NCBI GenBank assembly: GCA_041905595.1
Contig: JAYRKT010000023.1
Location: 3,525 to 67,524 of the forward strand
Source of the DNA: Rhodobacter sp.
Lineage (GTDB): Bacteria > Pseudomonadota > Alphaproteobacteria > Rhodobacterales > Rhodobacteraceae
DNA length: 64,000 nt
Reading direction: 5' to 3'
This document shows positions 1 through 8,535 of this stretch, piece by piece (positions within the stretch are counted from its first letter, which is position 1; each line of letters starts with the position of its first letter). The notes under the pieces were generated by a model. That model did not search any database and had not been told where the DNA came from. It saw only the letters and a program-made list of their open reading frames with translations. A program made the position numbers and the translations under genes.

Positions 1-442
1 GGTTGCGCCCGCCGGTCGGGGCGATCTCGTCATAGAGCTTGTCGATCGCCTCGGCATGCCACTGGAAGAAATGCGCCGAACCGGGCGCGTCGATCGTCGA
101 TGCGTCCTTGACCAGCTTGCCCATGTCGAGGCTGTCGAGCAGCGCGAATTCCGGCACGTTTTCCCGGATCAACGCCGCGAGGCGCAGGAGCACCTCCTTG
201 CGTTCGGCCGGGGTCTTGCCCGACCAGCGGCCATCGGCAAAGGCGCGGCGGGCGGCAGCCACGGCGCGGTCGATATCCTCGGCCCCACCGCGTGCGACGT
301 CGGTCAGGACCTCGGCCGTTGCCGGGTTCACCGTCTCGAACCTCGCGCCCGACGCCGAGGGCACGAAACTTCCGTCGATGAAGCACTGGTTGCGAAAGCG
401 CAGGGCGGCGGCGCGCGATTTCCATTCGGCATGGGTGAACAT
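1..442 (-). CDS. Aldehyde dehydrogenase, PuuC/AldH-like (5' part; runs off window start)
   Basis: Not in the ORF track because its stop lies outside the window. Manual translation from ATG at 442: [75 protein letters not shown]...[30 protein letters not shown], a typical ALDH N-terminus. GAGGA RBS overlaps the DUF1028 stop region. Confidence 0.9.
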   Translation of the reverse strand, partial: [147 protein letters not shown]

Positions 443-450
443 CGATATCC

Positions 451-1122
451 TCACTCGTCCCCGGGCACGCCATAGCTGGGTGCCTGCGTCGGATCTTCGG
501 CGCGGCTGACATAAGCCGCCATCTGCGGGCGATAGACTGCCCAGGCGGTTTCGAGATCACCAATCGGGTCGTCGGACCAGTCGATGCGCAGATCGACCAG
601 CGGCCAGGACAGACGGTCGGCCACCTTGAGCCCCGCTGAGTGGACCGGCCCCGCCTCGCCCCCGGCGTCCAGCCCGGCGCGCAGGGCCGCCATCAGCCTG
701 TCGCCCAGATGGCCGCGAGCCTTCTCGAAGGCGGCGACCATCGCGACGGGTATGCCTTCACCGGCCAGAAGGTTGCCGCCGGCCGCACAGTCGCGCCCCT
801 GCGCCTCGCCCCAGGTGCCCAGGACATTTGAACCAGAATGAATGGCCGTCGCGCCGCTTCGGTCGATAACAAGAAGCTGGCGGTATGCGATGTGCGCCCT
901 GCCCTCCGTCACGTCCGCGAGCGCCTCTCTGGCAGTCCTCCCCGCCTCCAACCGGTCAAGCACCAGCGGGCCAAGCGCCGGATCGGTCACGTTCTGCGAA
1001 GCGACCGCGCCCACGCCCGCCCGCACATGCGCACAGCGGGCCGCGACGGCGGGGGAAGAGGACGAGATCACCATCCCGAACATCCCCGTTTCGGCGCAGC
1101 GCGCCACCAGCGAAAACGTCAT
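451..1122 (-). CDS. DUF1028 family protein (Ntn-hydrolase-like)
   Basis: N-terminus MTFSLVARC...GMVISSSSPAVAARC, then GAVASQNVTDP, GNLLAG, GGEAGPVHSAGL and VDLRIDW, all characteristic of DUF1028. Confidence 0.88.
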   Translation of the reverse strand: MTFSLVARCAETGMFGMVISSSSPAVAARCAHVRAGVGAVASQNVTDPALGPLVLDRLEAGRTAREALADVTEGRAHIAYRQLLVIDRSGATAIHSGSNVLGTWGEAQGRDCAAGGNLLAGEGIPVAMVAAFEKARGHLGDRLMAALRAGLDAGGEAGPVHSAGLKVADRLSWPLVDLRIDWSDDPIGDLETAWAVYRPQMAAYVSRAEDPTQAPSYGVPGDE

Positions 1123-1165
1123 GACTCCTGCCTTTCTCCGGAGGAAACGAGTGCGACCTGCGTTT

Positions 1166-1579
1166 TCAATCCGGAATGACAGCGGTGGCGTCGATCTCGA
1201 CCAGCCAGTCGGGCCGCGCCAGCGCGGTGATCACGACCCCGGTCGAAACCGGGTGCACACCGCGAATGTATTCGCCCATCGTCCGATAGACCGCCTCCCG
1301 GTGGCGCACATCGGTCAGATAGACGACGACCTTGCAAAGATGCTCCATCCGCCCGCCGCATTCCTCGATCAGCTGCTTGATGTTCTGCATGACCTTGTGG
1401 GTCTGTTCGACCGGGTCATGGCTTTCGATGTTCTTCGCGGTGTCCAGATCCTGCGGGCACTGCCCGCGCAGGAAAATCATGGTGCCGCGCGCGACGACCG
1501 CCTGGCACAGGTCGTTGTCGAGCTTCTGCTCGGGATAGGTGTCCTTGGTGTTGAACTTGCGGTGGCGGTGATGGGCCAA
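1166..1579 (-). CDS. Rid (YjgF/YER057c/UK114) family protein lacking the catalytic Arg
   Basis: IFLRGQ, QTHKVMQNIKQLIEECG, VVVYLTD and WLVEIDATA motifs. Start placed at TTG 1579 behind GGAG; the ORF-track start at 1633 is probably too long. Confidence 0.88.
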   Translation of the reverse strand: MAHHRHRKFNTKDTYPEQKLDNDLCQAVVARGTMIFLRGQCPQDLDTAKNIESHDPVEQTHKVMQNIKQLIEECGGRMEHLCKVVVYLTDVRHREAVYRTMGEYIRGVHPVSTGVVITALARPDWLVEIDATAVIPD

Positions 1580-1647
1580 AGGGGATCTCCGTTGGTGTCG
1601 GTCGGGTTTCGCGCCCCAAGGTCGGGGCATCATGTCGGGTCAGTGGA

Positions 1648-2934
1648 TCACAGGACAGCGGAACGGTCCACGCCCGAAGGACGATAGGCCTGATAGGTGC
1701 GCTGGATCGCGATCTGGTCGGCCAGGAACTTCGCATCGTGCCACACGCCCCAGATGAAGGCGGATCCGCGCCGCGAGAGCCAGGGCAGGCCGACGAAATA
1801 GACCCCCGGTTCCACCGAGACGCCGCGCTGGTGTCGCGGCCCGCCGCGTTCGTCGAAGGCATCGACCTTGAGCCAGCTGAAATCGAAGGCAAAGCCTGTC
1901 GCCCAGATGATCGAGGTCACCCCCGCCTTGGCAAGGTCCAGCGACAGGATCGGGTTCTTCACGCAGTCCGGGTCGGGGTCCATTCGTCGCGCCTCGGGCT
2001 CTTTCGGCAGGTCGAGGCCGTTGCGGACAACGAAGGCATCAGCCTCGTCCAGCACCGAGAGATAGTTGGCATCGCCCCCTGCGATGTTGGCGGCAAGGTC
2101 CGGCGCGAAGGTCATCACGCCGTCCTTGTAGGCCTCCGTCCGGCCAACCAGCGTCATCCCCTGATGGGCGAGGCGGCGGAAGTCGATGGTCTTGCCGCCC
2201 TCAGCACCGCTGACGGCGATGGTGACATGCTCGGTCCCCGGCGAAGGCGCGGCGGCATCCCACTTGCCCAGAACTCCCAGCCACCAGACGAAGTCGCGGC
2301 CACGGTATGCGCGCGGCGGACGGTCGTGCGGACCGACCGAAAGATAGACCTTTCGACCGGCCTGCATCAGCTCGTCGGCAATCTGGGCGCCCGACGATCC
2401 CGCGCCGACCACCAGAACGGCCCCTTCGGGCAACTGCGCGGGATTGCGATAGGCATTGGAATGGATCTGCATCACCCCCGCCCCTTCCGGGACAATAGGG
2501 GGGATGATGGGCTTTTGGAACGGCCCGGTCGCGGCGACGATCCGGCGAGCCTGGATCGGACCTTCCGAAGTCTGGACGGAGAAGCCAGGACCGCTGTTGT
2601 TGCGCAGCACCGAGGTTACCTCGATTCCGCAGCGGATCGGCGTGCCGGTCTTTTCGGCGTAGGCGACAAAATAGTCCGCGATCGCCTCCTTGGGCGCGAA
2701 GGCATCCGCGGGGGCGCCGGTGAAATCGAAATCGGGAAAGCGGTCGTGCCAGGACGGGCCGTTCGCCACCAGAGAGTCCCACCGTTCCGACCGCCAGCGT
2801 TCGGCGATGCGGGCGCGTTCCAGCACCAGATGCGGGATACCCTTCTGCGTCAGGTGCGCGCTCATCGCCAGACCGGCCTGCCCGCCGCCGACGACAAGCG
2901 TGTCAATCATTTCAACAGGCAACTCAGCCGGCAT
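1648..2934 (-). CDS. Class B flavoprotein monooxygenase-like FAD/NAD(P)H oxidoreductase (CzcO/TrkA-like)
   Basis: Two Rossmann motifs (VVGGGQAG, VVGAGSSG), HSNAY FMO-type motif, ATGPF and ATGF motifs, GVYFVGLPWL. Confidence 0.88.
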   Translation of the reverse strand: MPAELPVEMIDTLVVGGGQAGLAMSAHLTQKGIPHLVLERARIAERWRSERWDSLVANGPSWHDRFPDFDFTGAPADAFAPKEAIADYFVAYAEKTGTPIRCGIEVTSVLRNNSGPGFSVQTSEGPIQARRIVAATGPFQKPIIPPIVPEGAGVMQIHSNAYRNPAQLPEGAVLVVGAGSSGAQIADELMQAGRKVYLSVGPHDRPPRAYRGRDFVWWLGVLGKWDAAAPSPGTEHVTIAVSGAEGGKTIDFRRLAHQGMTLVGRTEAYKDGVMTFAPDLAANIAGGDANYLSVLDEADAFVVRNGLDLPKEPEARRMDPDPDCVKNPILSLDLAKAGVTSIIWATGFAFDFSWLKVDAFDERGGPRHQRGVSVEPGVYFVGLPWLSRRGSAFIWGVWHDAKFLADQIAIQRTYQAYRPSGVDRSAVL

Positions 2935-3135
2935 GTCGGGGTCCTTCCGTTTCAGATGTCAGTCCTGCCTCGGGTGCCGCCCTGTCTGGCAGCACCCCAA
3001 GGGGCCATAAAGCAGCGTTTCACTCATTGATGATTAGCCTGCGCCTATCCATTCCAGCGCAGGTCCCCCCGGGACCCGCGTTGCCTCGCATCCGTTTGTC
3101 TGAGAACATCGGAGGCAAAGAGAAGGGGGACACCG

Positions 3136-3801
3136 ATGCGCGCACAGGCCCAACCACATGTCCATATCGACGACGAGCGTTTCCGCGTCACGGAATGGCG
3201 TTTTGCCCCCGGGGCCGAGACCGGCTGGCACCGGCATGGCCATGATTATGTGATCGTGCCGCTGACCGACGGCACCCTTGCCCTCGATCTTCCGGCCGGG
3301 CAGCAGGCGCAGGCGCAGCTGACGCAGGGGGTCCCCTATTCCCGCCGTGAGGGGGTGGAGCACAACGTCATCAATGCCTCGACCACCTCGCCACTCGCCT
3401 TTCTCGAGGTTGAGGTGGTGGATGACGAAGTCGCGCACCGTCGCCTCGCCACGATGCAGCGGCTTATGGACGCCTTCAATGCCCGGGATGTGGATGGGTT
3501 GATGGCCTGCATGGCCGAGGACTGCGCCTTTCATGCCTCGGCGGGGAAAGAGGTAGCGGGCACGATCCACCGCGGCCGCGCCGCAGTTCGTGCCGCTTAC
3601 GGCGCAGTCTTCGATACTTTCGTTGAAGCCGCCTGGACCGAGGGCAGGAACGTGGTCGCCGGCGAGACAGGGCTGTCGAACTGGCGGTTCATCGGAAAGA
3701 CGCGCGAAGGCCAGCGCGTCGATGTGCATGGCTGCGACATCTTCCGCTTCGACGGCGATCTGATCGCGCTCAAGGACAGTTATCGCAAGTCGCGCGGCTG
3801 A
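3136..3801 (+). CDS. Cupin (BauB-like) fused to SnoaL/NTF2 domain (TauX-like)
   Basis: N-half RVTEWRFAPGAETGWHRHGHDYVIVP (cupin His motif). C-half DAFNARDVDGLMACMAEDCAF...NWRFIG...VDVHGCDIFRFDGDLIALKDSYRK (NTF2-like). AGAAGGGGG RBS. Confidence 0.8.
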   Translation: MRAQAQPHVHIDDERFRVTEWRFAPGAETGWHRHGHDYVIVPLTDGTLALDLPAGQQAQAQLTQGVPYSRREGVEHNVINASTTSPLAFLEVEVVDDEVAHRRLATMQRLMDAFNARDVDGLMACMAEDCAFHASAGKEVAGTIHRGRAAVRAAYGAVFDTFVEAAWTEGRNVVAGETGLSNWRFIGKTREGQRVDVHGCDIFRFDGDLIALKDSYRKSRG

Positions 3802-3822
3802 CCGGCCTTCCGGCCCGGGAAA

Positions 3823-3851
3823 TCCGGCCGCCCCCGAACAGGGCGGCCGGA
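3823..3851. terminator. GC-rich hairpin between convergent genes
   Basis: TCCGGCCGCCC-CCGAACA-GGGCGGCCGGA, an 11-bp perfect stem between the cupin fusion (+) and the SBP (-). No U-tract. Confidence 0.55.
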
Positions 3852-3867
3852 GAGGTCATTCAAGCCG

Positions 3868-5049
3868 TCACTTCATCAGGTCGGCGACGGGGATGGGCTT
3901 CGAGATCGTCCACTGGTCCACCACGGCCGGCTTGCCGGCATTGGTCTCGACGATCAGGTAGCGCGCCTGGTTCTGGTGGTGCAGTTCGCTGGTGAAGGTG
4001 CGCGGCCCGAACAGCGTCGGCTCGTCCTTCATCTTCTCAAGCTCGGCCACGACAGCATCGGCGTCGGTCGTGCCTGCCCGTTCGACCGCCTTCGACCAGA
4101 CATCGATCATCACGTAGCCGGGATAGACATACTGGGTCGACGGATCGCCGCCGGTCGCTTCCTTGTACTTGGCATTGAAAGCGGTGACATCGGGGTTCGG
4201 GTCATCGCCATAGATCGAGCCCTGAACCGGGACGTAGAAGTTCGACAGGTCCGGCACTGCCGACAGCCAGTAGGATCCGTCCACGCCCGAGCCGTTCAGG
4301 ATCATCGAGTTGATGCCGGCGGCCCGGATCTGCTTGATGGCCGAAACCGCGCCCGGCATCATCGTGCAGAGCATGATTGCGTCCGGCTCCTGCGGCAGCG
4401 ACTTGATCCGGGTGATCTGCGCGGCGATCGAGGCATCCTCGTTCAGGAAAGTATCCTCGCCGACCAGCTTCGCCTCGGCCAGTTGCGGCAGCATCCAGTC
4501 GAAGCCGTCGCAGATGCCCTTGTTATACTCGGTCCAAGTGTCGAGCAGACGGTAGAAGGTCCGGGCATTCTTCTTGTTGTAGGCCCATTCCGCCATGGTC
4601 GCGCCCTGCACGGCCGCCAGCACGGACGCCGAGAAGGAATGCGGGCCGACACCCTGGATGCCGGCCTTGATCGATTCCGCGCAGAGGAAGAACGACACGA
4701 GGCCCGAGCTTTCGGCGGCAAGCGCGGCCGGCGAGCCGAAATCGTAGTCGCAGGACACCACCACGAGGTCAGCCCCCTCGTCGATCACCGAAAGCCCGGC
4801 TTTCGCCCCTTCGGCGCGGTCGGTCTTGGTATCGGCATTCACAACCTCGATCTGCTTGCCCAGCACGCCGCCGGCATCGTTGATCTCCTTGATGCGGATC
4901 ATCGCGGCATCTTGGGCGGGCTTGTCATAGGCCTGCATGAAGCCGGTCTCGGCCGTGGCAAAGCCCACGACGATCTTGTCGTCATCCGCAAGAACCGGCG
5001 CGGCCAGACAGGTCGAGGCGGCAAGGACTGTTAGAAGAAGTCGTTTCAT
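3868..5049 (-). CDS. Liv/HAAT-type ABC transporter substrate-binding protein
   Basis: Signal peptide MKRLLLTVLAASTCLAAPVLA; EINDAGGVLGKQIEVVNADTKTD; PDAIMLC. Start set at ATG 5049 after GGAG. Confidence 0.88.
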   Translation of the reverse strand: MKRLLLTVLAASTCLAAPVLADDDKIVVGFATAETGFMQAYDKPAQDAAMIRIKEINDAGGVLGKQIEVVNADTKTDRAEGAKAGLSVIDEGADLVVVSCDYDFGSPAALAAESSGLVSFFLCAESIKAGIQGVGPHSFSASVLAAVQGATMAEWAYNKKNARTFYRLLDTWTEYNKGICDGFDWMLPQLAEAKLVGEDTFLNEDASIAAQITRIKSLPQEPDAIMLCTMMPGAVSAIKQIRAAGINSMILNGSGVDGSYWLSAVPDLSNFYVPVQGSIYGDDPNPDVTAFNAKYKEATGGDPSTQYVYPGYVMIDVWSKAVERAGTTDADAVVAELEKMKDEPTLFGPRTFTSELHHQNQARYLIVETNAGKPAVVDQWTISKPIPVADLMK

Positions 5050-5086
5050 CTTTCTGGTCTCCTTGTTGGGTCTTCTTGTTGCTCGG

Positions 5087-6136
5087 TCAGTTGTTGGGGC
5101 CTTCATGGCCCGGCCTGCCCGATCGTGTACGCGGCAGGGTCAGTTCGCGGTTGCCCATGATCCCGGCGGGCCGGAACATGAGGATGAGGATCATCACGGC
5201 GCCGAGGGCGATCTCCTGCACGCCGCCCGGCAGGGCAAAGGTCGAGGTGCCGATCTTCACCCCGGCCTCGAGCCAGCGCAGGACCTGGATGAGCGTCGAC
5301 AGGATCAGGACGCCAAGGACTGCGCCGGACAGCGATCCCATCCCCCCGACCACCAGCATCGACAGCGTGATGAAGGTGAGGCCGAGGTAGAATGTGTCGG
5401 GCGTGACGATCCCGATCGAGTTGGCGTAAAGCGCGCCGCCCATGCCCATGATCGCGCCCGAGACGACGAAGGCGATCAGGCGCATCCGGGGGATATCGAC
5501 GCCCGAGGCGGCTGCGGCCGTTGGCTCGTCCCGCGCGGCGCGCAAGGCTAGGCCATAGCGCGAGATCCCGTAGGCCCAGGCGACGACCACGGCCAGGATC
5601 GCGGCGATCAGGTAGGGCCAGACCGACCGGACGATTGGGATGCCGACGACCGACGAGGTGGCGGCGGTGACGCTTTCCCAGTTCGAGTAGATCGAGTTGA
5701 CCATGGCCAGCATCGCAAAGGTGGCGATCGAGGCCGCGATGCCCGACAGCCGCATCAGCACCGCCCCGAAGATCAACGCCCAGAGTGCCGCCCAGCCCGC
5801 CCCGACAGCGGCGGCGGCCCAGTAAGGGATCTCGGTCTGCATCAGCCAGTCGGGCAGGCCGGGCATCGAGGTGGCCTTGAGCATCGGCTTGATCGTCGTC
5901 CAGGCGGCGACATAGCCGCCGAGGCAGGCGAATGCCGTGTGTCCAAAGCTGATGACGCCCGAATTGCCGATGAAGACCCAGAGGCCCACGACGAAGATCA
6001 CTTTGAGGAAGATGTCGATGATCGTCTGGTTGAAGGGCTTCGATCCGGCGGCCCAGGCGACCAGCGCGAAGGCGACCAGTAGGAGGCTCAGAAGGATCGG
6101 CGTAGCGATCGAGCGGCGGATGACGGAGCGGGCCAT
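5087..6136 (-). CDS. Liv-type ABC transporter permease (LivM-like)
   Basis: GNSGVISFGHTAF, SRYGLALRAARDEPTAAAASGVD, VVGGMGSLSGAVLG, FRPAGIMG. Start at ATG 6136. Confidence 0.88.
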   Translation of the reverse strand: MARSVIRRSIATPILLSLLLVAFALVAWAAGSKPFNQTIIDIFLKVIFVVGLWVFIGNSGVISFGHTAFACLGGYVAAWTTIKPMLKATSMPGLPDWLMQTEIPYWAAAAVGAGWAALWALIFGAVLMRLSGIAASIATFAMLAMVNSIYSNWESVTAATSSVVGIPIVRSVWPYLIAAILAVVVAWAYGISRYGLALRAARDEPTAAAASGVDIPRMRLIAFVVSGAIMGMGGALYANSIGIVTPDTFYLGLTFITLSMLVVGGMGSLSGAVLGVLILSTLIQVLRWLEAGVKIGTSTFALPGGVQEIALGAVMILILMFRPAGIMGNRELTLPRTRSGRPGHEGPNN

Positions 6137-6137
6137 G

Positions 6138-7052
6138 TCAGACACGCTCCTTGGTGCCGCGGGCCGCAAGGATGCCCTGCGGCCGGAAGATCAGGACAAG
6201 GATCACCGCGGCATAGACAAAGGCATCGCGGAAGGCGCGGGCATCGGGCGGCAAGATAACCTGCATCACCGTCGCGACCGCGCCGATCAGGAAACCGGCC
6301 AGAACTGCGCCCGGCAGGCTGCCCATGCCGCCGATGACCGTGGCGATGAAGGCCATCAGCATGACATTCGCGCCCATCATGATGTTGGCGGTCCCAGTTT
6401 GGCTGCCGAGGATCAGCGCGATCGCCGCGGCAAGCGCGCCCGACAGCGCGAAGGCGCCCATGATCACCCGGTTGGCCCGCACACCCAGCATCCGCGCCAT
6501 CGTAAAGTTCTCGGCCGCCGCCCGCATCTCCAGCCCAAAGCGCGTGCGACGCAGGAAGGCGGTCAGCCCGAACAGGACGGCGATGGTAACGAGGATGGTG
6601 ATCAGTTGAAGCAGCGGGATGCGCGCGCCAAGGATCTCGACCGGCTGGGACAGCTCGGGCAGCAGCGAGATGCTCTTCGGCCTCGACGAGAAGAGCATCA
6701 GCAGGAAGTAGCGGATGACGAAGCCCAGAGCGAAGGAGGCGATCATCATCGTCGCCGGGTTGGCACGGCGGAACCTCCGGAACACCAGCAGTTCGGACAA
6801 CACCGAAAGTCCCGCGCCGATGGCAAGGACGAAGGGGATGAGCAGGAACCACGGCAGGTTTCCGGCAAAGACGATGGCCACCGCATCGACCGAAGGCCAC
6901 AGCAGCGCGAAAACGCAAAAGGCGATCACGTCGCCATGTGCGAAGTTCACCAGCCGCATCACGCCGAAGATCAGGGCGATCCCGAGGGCACCGAGGGCGT
7001 AGAGCGATCCTAAAGAAAGCGCGTCGAAGACGACCTGAAGAAGCGATCCCAT
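6138..7052 (-). CDS. Liv-type ABC transporter permease (LivH-like)
   Basis: GSLYALGALGIALIFGVMRLVNFAHG, RRTRFGLEMRAAAEN, VIGGMGSLPGAVLAG, FRPQGIL. Confidence 0.92.
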   Translation of the reverse strand: MGSLLQVVFDALSLGSLYALGALGIALIFGVMRLVNFAHGDVIAFCVFALLWPSVDAVAIVFAGNLPWFLLIPFVLAIGAGLSVLSELLVFRRFRRANPATMMIASFALGFVIRYFLLMLFSSRPKSISLLPELSQPVEILGARIPLLQLITILVTIAVLFGLTAFLRRTRFGLEMRAAAENFTMARMLGVRANRVIMGAFALSGALAAAIALILGSQTGTANIMMGANVMLMAFIATVIGGMGSLPGAVLAGFLIGAVATVMQVILPPDARAFRDAFVYAAVILVLIFRPQGILAARGTKERV

Positions 7053-7786
7053 CAGTGGTCTCCGTAGCCGAAATAGGCGGCCTGCATCGCCTCGGACTGG
7101 CCGAGGGCGCGGGCGTCGCCGTCCAGAAGGATCTCGCCGCCGCGCATCAGCATCATCCGCCCGCCGACCATCATCGCGCGGGTCGAGGATTGCTCGACGA
7201 TGAGAAGAGTCAACTTGCGCTCGGCGCGCAATGCGATCAGTCGTTCATAAACCTGATCGGTGATGTTCGGAGCAAGACCGAGCGAGGGTTCGTCGATGGC
7301 GACGAGCCGCGGATGCGCCATCAGCGCCCGCCCGATCACCAGCATCTGCTGCTGACCGCCGGACAGGAGGCCCGCCTGCGCATGGCGGCGGTCCTTCAGG
7401 ATCGGGAAGGTGGCATAGACCGCTTCCAGTTCGCTCACCGCCCGGGCGCGCCAGTTGCGTTCCCGCGCATGCATGCCCGTCCCGACCATCAGGTTCTCTT
7501 CGATGGTGAGCGAGCCGAAAACCTCACGCCCCTCGGGCACCATCGACAGGCCGAGGCGGGCGATGTCCTCGGGGGCCTGCCCGGTAATGTCGTGGTCGGC
7601 AAAGTCGATCCGGCCGCCCGCCGGGGCGACGACCCCGGCAATGGCCCGCAGGAGCGAGGATTTCCCGGCCCCGTTCGGCCCGGTGATGAACAGGATCTCG
7701 CCTTCGGTGAGCGAGAAGCTGACGCCACGCACCGCCGTCAGCCGGCCATAGCGCACCTGCACATTAGAGAGCGTCAGAAGGCTCAT
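7052..7786 (-). CDS. Liv-type ABC transporter ATP-binding protein (LivF-like)
   Basis: Walker A GPNGAGKS, VPEGREVFGSLTIEENL, LSGGQQQ, DEPSLGLAP. Start at ATG 7786 overlaps the upstream stop. Confidence 0.92.
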   Translation of the reverse strand: MSLLTLSNVQVRYGRLTAVRGVSFSLTEGEILFITGPNGAGKSSLLRAIAGVVAPAGGRIDFADHDITGQAPEDIARLGLSMVPEGREVFGSLTIEENLMVGTGMHARERNWRARAVSELEAVYATFPILKDRRHAQAGLLSGGQQQMLVIGRALMAHPRLVAIDEPSLGLAPNITDQVYERLIALRAERKLTLLIVEQSSTRAMMVGGRMMLMRGGEILLDGDARALGQSEAMQAAYFGYGDH

Positions 7787-8535
7787 GTCTCGACCTCCAG
7801 CACGGGAAGGTCGGTGTCGGCGGCGGTGCCCATATACGCGTGGCGCACCTTCTCGCTGTCGCGGATGGCGGCAGGCGCGCCGGTCTCGATCACGGCCCCT
7901 GAATCGAGCACGACGATGTGGTCGCACAGGCCCAGCACGAGGCCGACATTGTGCTCGATCAACAGCACGCCGCAGCCCAGTTCCCCGGCGATGCGCCGGA
8001 TCAGGGCCGAAAGCTCGGCGGCCTCCGGCGCGCTCATCCCGGCCGCCGGTTCGTCGAGCAGCAGGAAGCCGGGGCGCCCCATCAGCGCGCGACCAATGGC
8101 GACGCGGCGTTCGTCGGTATAGGGCAGCGTCCCGGCGATGCGCCCCGCGAGCGGCGCGATGCCGACCCAGTCGAGCATCGCCTCCGCCTCGGCGATCGCG
8201 GTGGCGCGCGACTTGCCAAGACCGACGCCAGTCACCTCGAGGTTGTCGATCACCGTCAGGTCCCGGAACAACCGCCCACCCTGGAAGGTGCGGGCGATGC
8301 CGCGCTGGCGCAAGCGGTGCGGCTCCAGGCCGGACAGGGACTGCCCGTCCAGACGGACAGACCCCTCGGTTGCGGCCTGGAACCCGGTCAGCACGTTGAC
8401 AAGGGTGGTCTTGCCCGCACCGTTCGGCCCGATGAGGCCCACGATCTGGCCGGAGGTCACCGTCAGGTCCACGCCTGACAGCGCCTTCAGCCCGGCAAAG
8501 GCGACCGATACCTTGTCAGCGGCAAGTTCGCTCAT
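7783..8535 (-). CDS. Liv-type ABC transporter ATP-binding protein (LivG-like)
   Basis: GLIGPNGAGKTT, GIARTFQ, LLLDEPAAGM, LLIEHNV; 4-nt overlap with the upstream hydantoinase A gene. Confidence 0.92.
   Translation of the reverse strand: MSELAADKVSVAFAGLKALSGVDLTVTSGQIVGLIGPNGAGKTTLVNVLTGFQAATEGSVRLDGQSLSGLEPHRLRQRGIARTFQGGRLFRDLTVIDNLEVTGVGLGKSRATAIAEAEAMLDWVGIAPLAGRIAGTLPYTDERRVAIGRALMGRPGFLLLDEPAAGMSAPEAAELSALIRRIAGELGCGVLLIEHNVGLVLGLCDHIVVLDSGAVIETGAPAAIRDSEKVRHAYMGTAADTDLPVLEVET

Noticed and set aside
1648-2934. FMO as trimethylamine monooxygenase (Tmm), given the TMAO genes in the window
   Set aside because: The sequence has CzcO/TrkA-type features (ERWDSLVANGPSWHDRFP), not the bacterial FMO/Tmm signature I recall, and it lies about 54 kb from the dmm genes.
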